DNA of 32,000 bases from Ignicoccus islandicus DSM 13165 (GTDB lineage: Archaea; Thermoproteota; Thermoprotei_A; Sulfolobales; Ignicoccaceae). The translations under genes and the position numbers were made by a program. Positions 9,774 to 19,200 of the stretch are shown here, one piece after another; the stretch's first letter is position 1; every line of letters begins with the position of its first letter. A model generated the notes under the pieces. The model saw only the letters and a program-made list of their open reading frames with translations. It ran no database searches and had not been told where the DNA came from. The stretch covers positions 270,001-302,000 of the forward strand of contig NZ_CP006867.1 of NCBI RefSeq assembly GCF_001481685.1. Reading direction: 5' to 3'.

Positions 9774-10571
9774 CTCATCCGGACCCAGAACTAGCTCTCC
9801 GTTCACGTAGTATTGAATAGTATTACTAACTATAGCGAACCTAGCTTTAGATCCGTATCTAAAGCTCGGGACTTCTTCCCCAGCGAACCTCCAACAAGCT
9901 TCGTCCAAGTGCTTGGCTCTCGCCCCTTCGTTCCAGTAGTGACTTTTCGCGATTAATTCCGCCAAGAAGGAAGCGAATACTGGACCGGTACATGGGGTAT
10001 AAGGCGAATATATTGCTTCAAGTAATTCGAGGGGGATTGGACTAGATATTCCCCATCTAGGTCCCATTTCGGTCACGAAGGCCGGTAACTCAATTAGCCT
10101 CGTTTCCCACGTAGTTACCCAAAAAGGATTCAGAACGATCTTGTTTTTCAGCTTCTCTGAAGCGTGCCTTATTGGCCACTCTCCGAACTTCCTCTTATAT
10201 CCGTACGAGCTCTCCGGAGTGACGGACCTTTGAACCACTGCCTTTTCATCCGGTAACTCTTCCGGTGGGGTCATTGGATCCATAATGAACTTAGTTTCCA
10301 CTTGAGGTAAAGGCGATTTCCTCTTTTTCGGTACTATTGCTAACCCAACGCCTCCTAGAATCAACGAGTCGAGGAAGCGTTCCGGGGGTTCTGGATGCTC
10401 TATTAGCTCTTCCAACGATCTCGCTGGGTTTACAGCTAGAGTACACTTCAATGGAACTACGCGAGCTTCCTTACAGTCTATTCTCTCGGACTGTTCCTCT
10501 TCAACAATTAATCCCTTCCTAACGTTTATTGAGAGCCCATTTCTACAATTATAGAAAGTAATACCACCCAT
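9732..10571 (-). CDS. Hypothetical protein
   Basis: 279-aa ORF in an otherwise gene-free stretch; convergent with the preceding small gene. Confidence 0.6.
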   Translation of the reverse strand: MGGITFYNCRNGLSINVRKGLIVEEEQSERIDCKEARVVPLKCTLAVNPARSLEELIEHPEPPERFLDSLILGGVGLAIVPKKRKSPLPQVETKFIMDPMTPPEELPDEKAVVQRSVTPESSYGYKRKFGEWPIRHASEKLKNKIVLNPFWVTTWETRLIELPAFVTEMGPRWGISSPIPLELLEAIYSPYTPCTGPVFASFLAELIAKSHYWNEGARAKHLDEACWRFAGEEVPSFRYGSKARFAIVSNTIQYYVNGELVLGPDELIELGLGCSFTAL

Positions 10572-10650
10572 AAATCCTACCTTGTATGTGTTCGTTCCTC
10601 AATGTAAGTTTATTTAGGTGTACGTGTGACACTCTCTTGAGGAGAGAGTC

Positions 10651-11184
10651 TTGAAGAAGATAACTTTCTTACTACTAGTCGGTTTACTAGCTCCGGCTTT
10701 CGCGAAAATCGTTGCGACCGTAGTAGTATCGCCTCCAAGTGGTTACACTGTAACGTATTATTACAGACTGAACGCAACTCTGAACATACCGGGATATGGG
10801 GTATTGCCCTTAGGGATAGAAAACACTACTACTGTTACCGATGGCCAACCGTTCACGACAACTGCAACCATACCAGTTGACGTGGAAATCACTTACACTA
10901 ACACTACTTACGCGACCTTTGAGGTAACTTACTATATATTTGCTAAGAACGACGACGTTCCTACTACCATGACTAACACTACTGCCTCTGCAATAGTAAA
11001 GACGGCCTTACTACTACCGGGTCAGAACATTGATTATCATTACGACGTAAACCTAGGGAGTTACTTCGGTAAGAGTAGCTTCAGCGTGAAAGCGGGCTTC
11101 AACGGTACAATACTCCCAATTGTAGGCCTCGCCGGAGCCGGAGCAGTTGCCTACCTAAAGAGAAAGCTTTCTAGGAGGAACTGA
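10651..11184 (+). CDS. Putative secreted/membrane-anchored Thr-rich surface protein
   Basis: Signal peptide MKKITFLLLVGLLAPAFA; Thr-rich beta-type body; C-terminal PIVGLAGAGAVAYLKRKLSRRN anchor. Confidence 0.7.
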   Translation: MKKITFLLLVGLLAPAFAKIVATVVVSPPSGYTVTYYYRLNATLNIPGYGVLPLGIENTTTVTDGQPFTTTATIPVDVEITYTNTTYATFEVTYYIFAKNDDVPTTMTNTTASAIVKTALLLPGQNIDYHYDVNLGSYFGKSSFSVKAGFNGTILPIVGLAGAGAVAYLKRKLSRRN

Positions 11185-11667
11185 CTTTTTTAGAACTTCC
11201 TCTGTTACAACGATCACACCATCTTCAGCCTTAACTTCGAAATGATTTCTTCTCAAGTAAGCCCAAGCGGCTATTGCGCAGAGGCAAGCGTCAATTTCGT
11301 CGTTATCCATTTCTCTTATCCAATTCAAGTAGTTCCCTACTCCTCTAGGGAAAGTTTCGATGACTCGAACTTTGGTTTCGTCGAGGGCCTCTAGCACTCT
11401 CTCTACGAGTTTCCTCATCCCCCTCCAACCTGGAGGCAGTACTTTGAGCCCTAACTTCCTAGCTTTCCTATCGACGTCCCTCATGGGTCCATTCGGTAAT
11501 TGAAGGGGCGAGTCTATTGCTATAACGCTAGCTCCCATTCCAACAGCCACTCTCAAGAGGGTCTCCAAATCGCCTTTTAAGGTTAAATTAAGGGAACCGA
11601 AGAGGCAAAGGGTCGAAGGTCTGACAGCAGCCGGATCTATTCCAGCTACTAGCAAGCTCCTACCCAT
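11155..11667 (-). CDS. DUF429-type predicted nuclease (RNase H-like fold)
   Basis: AGIDPAA...IAIDSPL...VIETFPRG...DNDEIDACLCAIAAWAYLR pattern. Confidence 0.75.
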   Translation of the reverse strand: MGRSLLVAGIDPAAVRPSTLCLFGSLNLTLKGDLETLLRVAVGMGASVIAIDSPLQLPNGPMRDVDRKARKLGLKVLPPGWRGMRKLVERVLEALDETKVRVIETFPRGVGNYLNWIREMDNDEIDACLCAIAAWAYLRRNHFEVKAEDGVIVVTEEVLKKSVPPRKLSL

Positions 11668-11858
11668 TCACATATAATGGAAGAGGAATATATTGAGAGA
11701 TACGCTAGAGCGAAAGCTAATGCGGAATAAAGCAGTAACGTTTCAATCAACGCACCCAAATCCGTCAATAAGAACAAGTTTCCGCTTATTATAGAAATGA
11801 AGAGGTTAGCTAATCCAACGGACAGTCCTATTACTAAGGCGAGTCTTAAATCGTCCAA
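11649..11858 (-). CDS. Small membrane protein
   Basis: 69-aa ORF, two hydrophobic segments, overlaps start of the DUF429-type gene. Confidence 0.45.
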   Translation of the reverse strand: MDDLRLALVIGLSVGLANLFISIISGNLFLLTDLGALIETLLLYSALAFALAYLSIYSSSIICEWVGAC

Positions 11859-11945
11859 AGTTCTCTCCCGCTAATCCATTCCTTGCATCGGATTAAATCC
11901 TCAGTATTTTAGGAGCCTTCGTTGTTGCGTTGATGGGTTACGGCG

Positions 11946-12380
11946 TTGAAGGTATACTTGGTTGCGCACGCTCCATCGAGCGTCCAAAGGCTCGAGGACT
12001 TCGCTAAGTTAGCTTTTAACTTAGATTTGGTGGACGTCCTAGTGGTCACCAAGCCTTCGGGAGTGGCAGCCCAAGTCGGGCTCCCTGAAATATCCAAGAT
12101 GGCCTATAAGCTAGATAAGAAGTTAGTGGTTTTACCCGATATAGATGATGCAGTAGAGTTACTTAAACCGGACAAGGTCTACACTGTCTCCCATGACTAC
12201 GGTCGAAGAGTTAGGGAACTGGAGAAGGCTGATAGCGTAATGATAGTAGTTGGATTGAGCGATCCGGGCCTTACTAAGACGGAAGCTCAGAAAGGAGAGG
12301 CAATATATCCAGACGGTACTTCCGGCGACATAGGTCCTATAGCTGCCGTTTCAATACTGCTATCGGGACTCGGAAAGTGA
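11946..12380 (+). CDS. COG4080-like (SpoU/SPOUT-type predicted methylase) protein
   Basis: 144-aa; SSVQRLEDFAKLAF...LVVTKPSGVAAQVGLPEISKMAYKLDKKLVVLPDIDDAVELL...GDIGPIAAVSILLS. Confidence 0.7.
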   Translation: MKVYLVAHAPSSVQRLEDFAKLAFNLDLVDVLVVTKPSGVAAQVGLPEISKMAYKLDKKLVVLPDIDDAVELLKPDKVYTVSHDYGRRVRELEKADSVMIVVGLSDPGLTKTEAQKGEAIYPDGTSGDIGPIAAVSILLSGLGK

Positions 12381-12793
12381 TAGATAGGGTCGAAATCCAA
12401 GTTCACTCCCACGCTACCGAGGACGTTGAGAAAGTGAAGGAGGCAGTTAGGAAGCTACTGGGCGTTGAGCAAATAGAGTTCACTGAGTTGAAGGCAAGGG
12501 GGCACCACGGCAATCCGATAATTACGTTAATCGCTACCCTCAAAGGGAAAGAGGCTGAGAGGGCCGTAAGGAACCTCTTATCGAAAATGGATGAGTTCGA
12601 TTTCGAAATTATGGTTAGAGAATTAGATATCAGGAGCGAGAAAAGCAAACTGTACTTGAGGTTCGATAAACAAAAGGCTTACCTCGGTAAGACTGAAATG
12701 AGCTCCGGATCGGACGTAATAAGGGTAGTAATAGTGTTCAAGGGAAGGAAAGTGAGCGAGGACTTGCTAAGGGAGCTCAGAGGTTCGGAGTGA
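12377..12793 (+). CDS. COG1325-like (exosome subunit-type) RNA-binding protein
   Basis: 138-aa; VEIQVHSHATEDVEKVKEAVRKLL...TELKARGHHGNPIITLIATLKGKEAERAV; translationally coupled to upstream gene. Confidence 0.78.
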   Translation: MIDRVEIQVHSHATEDVEKVKEAVRKLLGVEQIEFTELKARGHHGNPIITLIATLKGKEAERAVRNLLSKMDEFDFEIMVRELDIRSEKSKLYLRFDKQKAYLGKTEMSSGSDVIRVVIVFKGRKVSEDLLRELRGSE

Positions 12794-13216
12794 ATGCTTT
12801 GCTGTGGAGCTGACGAAGCGTACTTCTCAAAGAACAGCGAAATGTGTATAGGAGTAGTGTGCTTAGAGTACAGTAAGGATGAAAAGGTCAGTAAGTGCGG
12901 AATGAACGTTGTAGAGAAGATAAAGGAGCTCTGTAAGGTTAAAGGCGTCAGGGAATTGAAGGGTTCCAGTCTCTTGAAGAGTAAGAAGTGCAATTCAAGT
13001 TACTTAGAGGGAGTCCTATTGAAATTGACCTATTCAGTTAAGTGTAGTAGGGAAGCAGCTTCGAGCGAGCTAAAGGAAAGGTTGTTAAGGGAGGCTTTAG
13101 GTGAGATACTTGAACGAAGTGAAGTCCGAATAGTAATTGTAGACGAAGGCTTAGTTAGGAATCTCACTAAGAGCATTTCAATAGAAGGTCGTAAGGAGGT
13201 CCGTTTAAAGCCTTAG
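12794..13216 (+). CDS. Hypothetical protein, Cys-rich N-terminal half
   Basis: 140-aa ORF starting immediately after the COG1325-type gene, likely same operon. Confidence 0.55.
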   Translation: MLCCGADEAYFSKNSEMCIGVVCLEYSKDEKVSKCGMNVVEKIKELCKVKGVRELKGSSLLKSKKCNSSYLEGVLLKLTYSVKCSREAASSELKERLLREALGEILERSEVRIVIVDEGLVRNLTKSISIEGRKEVRLKP

Positions 13217-13267
13217 GTCCGGTCACAAAGCGCCAGTAGTGCAGCTAGCGGACGTACTCATACACTA

Positions 13268-13642
13268 TTACAAGAAGGCGGGTTCGTGACTGCTCCCCGG
13301 TCCTTCGTCCCCCTCCGTCGGGGGGGCATCCCCGGGCTCATCGCGTTCCATCCATCGCTTTCCCCTCGTTCCTAATAAATCAACGCCTATTAATTGAGAG
13401 AGTTCGCTCAGCTCCTTTAATCCCTTCTCCGTACACCTCACCATTAGTTTAGGTCTCCCTATCAAGGTTAGCGCTTTGAAGGTTTTGACTAAGTTCAGTT
13501 CCTCTAACCTATGTAGGCACTCCCACAAGGAAGACTTACTCAGTTCTAACGCATTGATTACTTCCTTGAAGCTGGCTTCTCCGTGAACGCATACGTAAAT
13601 CAAAGCAACTAAGCACTTACTCCCCCTTACTTCCTTCCACAC
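13268..13642 (-). CDS. Winged-helix DNA-binding protein (predicted transcriptional regulator)
   Basis: ASFKEVINALELSKSSLWECLHRLEELNLVKTFK...RPKLMVRCTEKGLKEL wHTH pattern; anomalous Gly/Pro-rich tail. Confidence 0.65.
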   Translation of the reverse strand: MWKEVRGSKCLVALIYVCVHGEASFKEVINALELSKSSLWECLHRLEELNLVKTFKALTLIGRPKLMVRCTEKGLKELSELSQLIGVDLLGTRGKRWMERDEPGDAPPTEGDEGPGSSHEPAFL

Positions 13643-14177
13643 TCCCTTGCACCTCTATGTAAGGTAAGAGCTCGTACGCGCCCCTTACTAACAAGTCGAG
13701 CGATATTGCGGAATACACCACTATTACGGAAATAGCGAAGGATTTCAACGAATCGAGCCCACTAAATGTAGCGAACGCAGTTAGTGGAAAGAGAGCGAAC
13801 GATAGGAGGGCCTCTAGTACCTCCCTTAACGCAAGCAACGTAATTGAGACGAAAACGGAGATCGAGAGCGAGAGGGGCAAGAAGAACGAGCAACGCGGAT
13901 AGGCGAATTGGAACGCGAGGAACGCCGCAATAGACGCTACAAAAGCTATGACCTTATCCTTCTTATTAATAGCGTGAGTTAGCGTACCGAGCCTCTTTAC
14001 AGTCCAAGAGTAAGGGATTAGTGAAAGGGCAGTGAAAACTGGCACGAAAGCTGGCTCCTTCAGTGCTTCGTATAGATAAAGTCCGAAGCTCATTGGAGCG
14101 ACCCATGAGAGGAAGGTAAGCGCTTCGAGCCTCTTTTTCTCCACCTTTATTAAGGATCTTATTGCCAATTCGCTCAC
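13617..14177 (-). CDS. Hypothetical polytopic membrane protein
   Basis: 186-aa ORF with several hydrophobic segments, overlapping the downstream wHTH gene start. Confidence 0.6.
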   Translation of the reverse strand: MSELAIRSLIKVEKKRLEALTFLSWVAPMSFGLYLYEALKEPAFVPVFTALSLIPYSWTVKRLGTLTHAINKKDKVIAFVASIAAFLAFQFAYPRCSFFLPLSLSISVFVSITLLALREVLEALLSFALFPLTAFATFSGLDSLKSFAISVIVVYSAISLDLLVRGAYELLPYIEVQGSVEGSKGE

Positions 14178-14279
14178 AAATCTATTTTTACGAGAACTAT
14201 ATATTTCGGTTACATCAAGTTCGGAGGACCGAACTTTGTAGTATGTAGAAATATTTCCATTACATTAAAACACTATGAG

Positions 14280-14546
14280 GTGGAGAGAGTGTTGGAAATC
14301 GTTTTCCCGATATTTACTAGCTTAGCCATAGCCTTGGTCCTCTTCTATCTCTGGAAAGGTCCTCAATTCCTTCAGGAGGCCTTGGGCGGAGCCTTAATAG
14401 CCATGCTCTTTGGGAGCGTTGGAGCTTACTTAGGAACGCTGATCTTCGCGGGTCAATACGCTACTCCGGAAGTATTAACTGCCTCGGTGATAGCGGCGTC
14501 AATAACGGCCATTTGGACTTACCTTTTCGCCTACGCACATAAATAG
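14280..14546 (+). CDS. Small membrane protein
   Basis: 88-aa, three hydrophobic helices with Gly/Ala-rich middle segment. Confidence 0.55.
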   Translation: MERVLEIVFPIFTSLAIALVLFYLWKGPQFLQEALGGALIAMLFGSVGAYLGTLIFAGQYATPEVLTASVIAASITAIWTYLFAYAHK

Positions 14547-14585
14547 TTCTGAATAGGGCTTAAGACTAGAGCTAGAGTAAGGCCG

Positions 14586-16010
14586 TCAACTCTTACTAAT
14601 TTTCTCTTTAATCATTTCCCTTACTAATTTGGGATCTGCCCTTCCCTTAGTAGCCTTGAGCACTTGACCTACGAGGAAGTTGATTGCTTTTTCGTTCCTC
14701 TTGGCGTCCTCTACGGCTTTCGGATTGCTTTTAATTACTTTTTCCACGATTTTTTCAATTTCACTAACGTCTTTAATTGCGCGAAGTCCCTTTTCTTTAG
14801 CTATAGCTTTCGGTCTTTTACCTGTCTTCAGTACCTCCGGGAATACGATCTCCTTAGCCTGCTTCCAAGTAATTTCTCCTTTATCAACCATGTTGAACAG
14901 TTCCTTCAAATACCCTGCATTTAAACCCTCGCCAATGTCCATACCGAGCTCCTTGACCCATCTCAAGTACTCGACTACGAGGAAGTTCGCTACCCTAATT
15001 GGGTCGCCTACAGTTTTAGCGACTTCTTCGAAGGTATCCGCTAATTTCTTGGAAGAGGTCAGTACCTTAGCTAAATATTCGCTAACTTTATACTCTTTTA
15101 CGAATCTCTCTGCCCTCTCGTCCGGTAGTTCAGGCAATTCCATTCTAATTCTCTCTATCATTTCCTCACTTACGTAATATGGCGGTATGTTAGGCTCCGG
15201 CATGTATCTGTAATCTGCCTCAAATTCCTTACTTCTAGATGGTATTGTAACCCTCTTCGAAGAGTCCCAGTGTCTAGTTTCCCTCTCAACCTTCCCGCCT
15301 TGCTTTATCAAAGTAGTTTGCCTCACTATTTCGAACGTTAAGGCCTTCTCCACTTCTTTAGGGGAGCCTATGTTCTTTACTTCGACCCTCTCTCCACCGG
15401 GAACGCTTACGTTAGCGTCTGCCCTCATTGCGCCTTCCAAGGAACAATCGCAAATGCCTAAGTGCTCCAATACGCTCCTGAGCTTTTCGAGGAAGGCCCT
15501 CGCTTCCCTCGGACTCTCCATATCGGGTTCCGTCACTATTTCCAGCAACGCTACACCGGATCTATTGTAATCTACCAATACGTACCTCGACGCGAAGCCT
15601 TGAGGCCAAACGAGCCTCCCGGGATCTTCCTCTAACTGAACCCTTCTTATTCTGACTACCTTTTCCTTTCCATCGACGTTTATCGGTATGTAACCACCGG
15701 TACAAATTGGAGAAGAGCCTAGCTTGGTGAATTGCGAGATTTGGAATCCCTTAGGTAGATCGGGGTAAAAGTAGTGTTTCCTTGCGAACACCATCTTTTC
15801 GCTTACTTTACCCTTTAAAGCCAGACATAGAGAAACTGCCATTTCAACGGCCCTTTCGTTGAGAATAGGTAACGCACCGGGCAACCCCAAGCAAACTGGG
15901 CAGACGTTAGTGTTAGGCGGCTTGTCCCTGTAATCGCTAGGACAAGAACAGAAGAGCTTCGTTTTTAATGACGTTAATTGAACGTGGACTTCGAGCCCTA
16001 TGGTCGCCAT
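14586..16010 (-). CDS. gatB: Aspartyl/glutamyl-tRNA amidotransferase subunit B
   Basis: MATIGLEVHVQLTSLKTKLFCSCPSDY...NTNVCPVCLGLPGALPILNERAVE...EEDPGRL...LLEIVTEPDM. Confidence 0.97.
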   Translation of the reverse strand: MATIGLEVHVQLTSLKTKLFCSCPSDYRDKPPNTNVCPVCLGLPGALPILNERAVEMAVSLCLALKGKVSEKMVFARKHYFYPDLPKGFQISQFTKLGSSPICTGGYIPINVDGKEKVVRIRRVQLEEDPGRLVWPQGFASRYVLVDYNRSGVALLEIVTEPDMESPREARAFLEKLRSVLEHLGICDCSLEGAMRADANVSVPGGERVEVKNIGSPKEVEKALTFEIVRQTTLIKQGGKVERETRHWDSSKRVTIPSRSKEFEADYRYMPEPNIPPYYVSEEMIERIRMELPELPDERAERFVKEYKVSEYLAKVLTSSKKLADTFEEVAKTVGDPIRVANFLVVEYLRWVKELGMDIGEGLNAGYLKELFNMVDKGEITWKQAKEIVFPEVLKTGKRPKAIAKEKGLRAIKDVSEIEKIVEKVIKSNPKAVEDAKRNEKAINFLVGQVLKATKGRADPKLVREMIKEKISKS

Positions 16011-16054
16011 TGAGATCCAAGCCGTAAGAGAGGGAGGAAAGGAGGAGTAAAAAG

Positions 16055-17635
16055 CTACTTCTTTCTAAGAGAAAGGACTAGGAGGGCCAGACCTATTAGC
16101 GCCACTACCGGGCTTCCGTAGTATATTATAGGCGGGTACCAGTAGCCCAACTCTTCTAACGGAAGCCTGCTCCATGGACTGTGGCAATCGACGCACTTCA
16201 AGGACTCCGATACTGGCACGACGCCGTGATCCACGTTCATGTACCTAACCATTTTTATGAATTTGCCAGTAAACGTCAAGTTAGCTACTTGCGCTCCCAT
16301 TTGTACGGCCTTGTTTACGTCTCCGAGCGCGAACACAACGCCGACCTTGATCGGTATTGGTATCCTCTTCTGTTCGTCGAAAGGCACGTAAGCAACGTGT
16401 TCTCTGAAGGGATAGATTTTGCCGTCTTCCTCGCTCCCTACGGGAGCAGCGTATACTATTTCGTTACCGTTCACTGGATCGGGATACAAGTAGGCCTTTC
16501 TTTCCTTGCCGTTCCACCATAGATAAGCGGGCTTCACGTTCTTCTTTAGGACGAGCTTAGGCTCCCATCTACCGAGCTTCTCGTTGAACTCAATGTGTCT
16601 CCAGTCCCTCTCCACGTCTATCGGATACTGTCCGTGAGCTATGTACGGAATGTGGCAAGTCTGGCAAGCTACCTTGTGATGGAAGTTCTCAATAATGAAA
16701 CCGACTATAGGGGCCCTGTGCCTCTCCTTGTGGCAGTCCGTGCAAGCGACCGCTTCAGCTTCCCTAGACCACGTACCTACCGCTTTCGTACCTACTTTAT
16801 GGTCTTCGAACTTATGGCAGTCTACGCAGTGGAGACCTCTAGCCATATGAACGTCGAAGTGAACGGAAACCGTACCCATTAGGTCCGGGCTTAAGTTAGG
16901 TCTCTTGAAGTGCGGGCCTCCACCCGCGAACGCGTGACAAGCGAGGCAGGCGTCCTTAGAAGGCTTCGCAACTATCTTAGCGGCCTTCTCAATAGGGATA
17001 TTGGGTACGTACCTCCATCCCTTTTCGGTCTTAACAACTACTTTCATTCCTTTCTTAACTCCAATTGCCCCTCCTTTGTAGTAGTTTGAGTGACATACGA
17101 GGCAGTCGACGTTCTCCAAGTCCTCCTTGGTAGGAGTTACGCTCGGTATCTTGCCTAGGCTCACTCCGTGACACATGGAGCAGCCAGTAGCGATTAGCTT
17201 GCCCTTCAGTTCTTCTTTTCCGGGTGGAGTTTTCTTTAATACGGCCTTCCCAATGAAGTTAACGGATACGTTTCCGTTCCAGAAGATAGCTCCGCAGAAG
17301 TCGTTGTAGAGCGTTCTACTACCGGCCCAAGTAACGCCTTTTCCAGCTACGTCGTCTACTTGGTTTATCAGTCGATAGTGATAGCTGTGGACTAGGTCCC
17401 TTACCTCCTTCTCGTGACACTTCAAGCACGTCTTAGAACCTTCGTACTTCGTTACGTTGAACTTTTGGAACACTTCCGTGTGATCAGCTATTCTGACTCC
17501 CTTCTCTTCAACGTATTTCCATGCGTCCTCTGCACTGGGGGCGAGCGAACAGAGCTGGGTTCCCACGACGAATATCGCTATGGTGCCGGCGCCTACTAAA
17601 AGTAGTAGAAGACCCAAAAGCGCTTGCATCCTCAC
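16055..17635 (-). CDS. Octaheme c-type cytochrome with C-terminal membrane anchor (tetrathionate/hydroxylamine reductase-like)
   Basis: Eight CxxCH motifs: CLKCH, CSMCH, CLVCH, CLACH, CVDCH, CTDCH, CQTCH, CVDCH; N-terminal signal/TM; C-terminal VALIGLALLVLSLRKK. Confidence 0.88.
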   Translation of the reverse strand: MRMQALLGLLLLLVGAGTIAIFVVGTQLCSLAPSAEDAWKYVEEKGVRIADHTEVFQKFNVTKYEGSKTCLKCHEKEVRDLVHSYHYRLINQVDDVAGKGVTWAGSRTLYNDFCGAIFWNGNVSVNFIGKAVLKKTPPGKEELKGKLIATGCSMCHGVSLGKIPSVTPTKEDLENVDCLVCHSNYYKGGAIGVKKGMKVVVKTEKGWRYVPNIPIEKAAKIVAKPSKDACLACHAFAGGGPHFKRPNLSPDLMGTVSVHFDVHMARGLHCVDCHKFEDHKVGTKAVGTWSREAEAVACTDCHKERHRAPIVGFIIENFHHKVACQTCHIPYIAHGQYPIDVERDWRHIEFNEKLGRWEPKLVLKKNVKPAYLWWNGKERKAYLYPDPVNGNEIVYAAPVGSEEDGKIYPFREHVAYVPFDEQKRIPIPIKVGVVFALGDVNKAVQMGAQVANLTFTGKFIKMVRYMNVDHGVVPVSESLKCVDCHSPWSRLPLEELGYWYPPIIYYGSPVVALIGLALLVLSLRKK

Positions 17636-17982
17636 AACAACTTCCCGCTTTAGAGCTTACTGACCAGTCAGAAATATTATGTAGTAAACATTTTCACACC
17701 GAATTTCTCTTTACCTAACCAATTGGTCAATTAGTTAACCCTTTAACGCTGTCAAAAGGGAAACTAGAGCTCCAATTACGGAAGCGATGTAAAACATAGA
17801 AGTTTTGTCGGGCCCATGAGATAAGAATGTCTACACCGTTCGGTACTTCAACTCTTTAAGAAATTCTCAGTCTACTAGCCAAGTATCAATTCAGTAAAGT
17901 AACAATATCGTCGAAGAGCGAATTCCAATATTCCTTAGTCTTAGTCAAGGAATATATGTGAACCTTCTAAACGCTTAGGGTT

Positions 17983-18606
17983 TTGACTAAAAGCGGGGAC
18001 TCTTCAATGTTCTGTTCCTTGGTTCTTTTGCTTCATAACGTTACTTCACATGGCATTACCCTTCAGTATCTCTGGTTCCAGAACAATACGGTGGCGCTTT
18101 CTCTAACGCTTCCAAATCCATGTTACAAAGTAACCGTCTCTAACTCAACCATAAGCGTTGAGAGGTACGGATTCGCTTGCATTCAAGTACTTCGTAGAGA
18201 CGAGATATTTCTTACCGTTAAAGGTAATGCCACGTTTACGTTGAACTACTTAAATGATTCAATTCAGTTCGGCAAAGCGTATAGGTTTTGTGCAAATAAC
18301 TCGGTTAAGCTAATTGATATTCTCAATTATACTAGCAAATTTGTCAATAAGATGCTTGAACTAAAACTACTCTGTCTAGGATACTCTATCCCAGTTAATT
18401 TACCCGGCCCACCTTTCAAAGCGCCTCCGGTAACTAAATGCGATAGCGTAGTTACAGACGGATCCGCTTGGATCTACGTAAGGGGACCACTTTGCACTAG
18501 ACCTATAGAGGTCCTAGTGAAGGCAAAGGTAAGGATTGCGAAGGTTCCAAGCGGAATGGTACCCTATTTAGAGGTCATTGATGTACTTGGGAGATGGCCT
18601 AGATGA
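17983..18606 (+). CDS. Hypothetical secreted protein (start probably ATG at 18007)
   Basis: 207-aa ORF; from Met at 18007 a signal-like MFCSLVLLLHNVTS is followed by a beta-rich sequence. Confidence 0.5.
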   Translation: MTKSGDSSMFCSLVLLLHNVTSHGITLQYLWFQNNTVALSLTLPNPCYKVTVSNSTISVERYGFACIQVLRRDEIFLTVKGNATFTLNYLNDSIQFGKAYRFCANNSVKLIDILNYTSKFVNKMLELKLLCLGYSIPVNLPGPPFKAPPVTKCDSVVTDGSAWIYVRGPLCTRPIEVLVKAKVRIAKVPSGMVPYLEVIDVLGRWPR

Positions 18607-19075
18607 GGTGACGTATCCCTTGGAGCGCCGTTTGAGGACACCGCCCAAGATAAAGGTATTGGAAGCGCTAGGAGCTATAGCTGATGGAAGGGTCGCACCA
18701 ACTTCAGGCGGATTCAAGGTGAGGTCCAGTACTGGTGAGAGGACTTACGAGGTTTGGGTTGATTTGGAAAGAGGCTTAGTTTGTAGTGACGATAACGGGA
18801 CCAAGTTCAGAGGTTACGTAGGATACCCGATAATTGCCGTTCTAATGCTTAAGGGGAAGCTGCCGTTTAATGAAAAGTTAGCCGAAGCCCTTAAAGGGAT
18901 TCCTTGGAAGAAGCTTAATGAAGAGATGAAGAGCTACTCTAAGGTTATGGAGCTAATTTATGCAATGCTAAGGGATAAAGGAATAGATAGGAGCGAAGTG
19001 GATGAATTCGTCAATGAAGTAATTAGTTCCTTGAAGAAACTAAAACTTAAGAAAGTCTGTCCCGAGAATAAGTAG
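18578..19075 (+). CDS. Conserved-looking hypothetical protein (start uncertain)
   Basis: 165-aa ORF; RTYEVWVDLERGLVCSDDNGTKFRGYVGYPIIAVLMLKG. Confidence 0.6.
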   Translation: MMYLGDGLDEVTYPLERRLRTPPKIKVLEALGAIADGRVAPTSGGFKVRSSTGERTYEVWVDLERGLVCSDDNGTKFRGYVGYPIIAVLMLKGKLPFNEKLAEALKGIPWKKLNEEMKSYSKVMELIYAMLRDKGIDRSEVDEFVNEVISSLKKLKLKKVCPENK

Positions 19076-19077
19076 TT

Positions 19078-19200
19078 TCACCTCTTCGCAACCACTTCTA
19101 TGAACTTTTCCAACAGTTTGTTGTTAGTTTCCAATTGGGCGCTCAGCTTGCCCATGCTCACTTTCAGTTCCTCGATCGAGGTCTCCATTTCACTAAACAT
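19078..19200 (-). CDS. Small coiled-coil protein (40 aa)
   Basis: Hand translation: MFSEMETSIEELKVSMGKLSAQLETNNKLLEKFIEVVAKR*; heptad-like pattern; convergent with upstream gene. Confidence 0.35.
   Translation of the reverse strand: MFSEMETSIEELKVSMGKLSAQLETNNKLLEKFIEVVAKR

Noticed and set aside
12794-13216. RNase P protein subunit, given its position after the COG1325-type gene
   Set aside because: The neighbourhood suggests it, but the sequence shows no recognizable Pop5 or p30 motifs.
14280-14546. V/A-type ATPase K (proteolipid) subunit
   Set aside because: Small hydrophobic and Gly/Ala-containing, but lacks the conserved proteolipid helix-hairpin pattern and the membrane carboxylate context; left as hypothetical.
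14664-15570. Plus-strand ORFs over gatB
   Set aside because: Antisense to a clearly conserved gatB; no recognizable protein features.
16181-17718. Plus-strand ORFs over the octaheme cytochrome
   Set aside because: Antisense to eight ordered CxxCH motifs; His/Val-rich artefacts.
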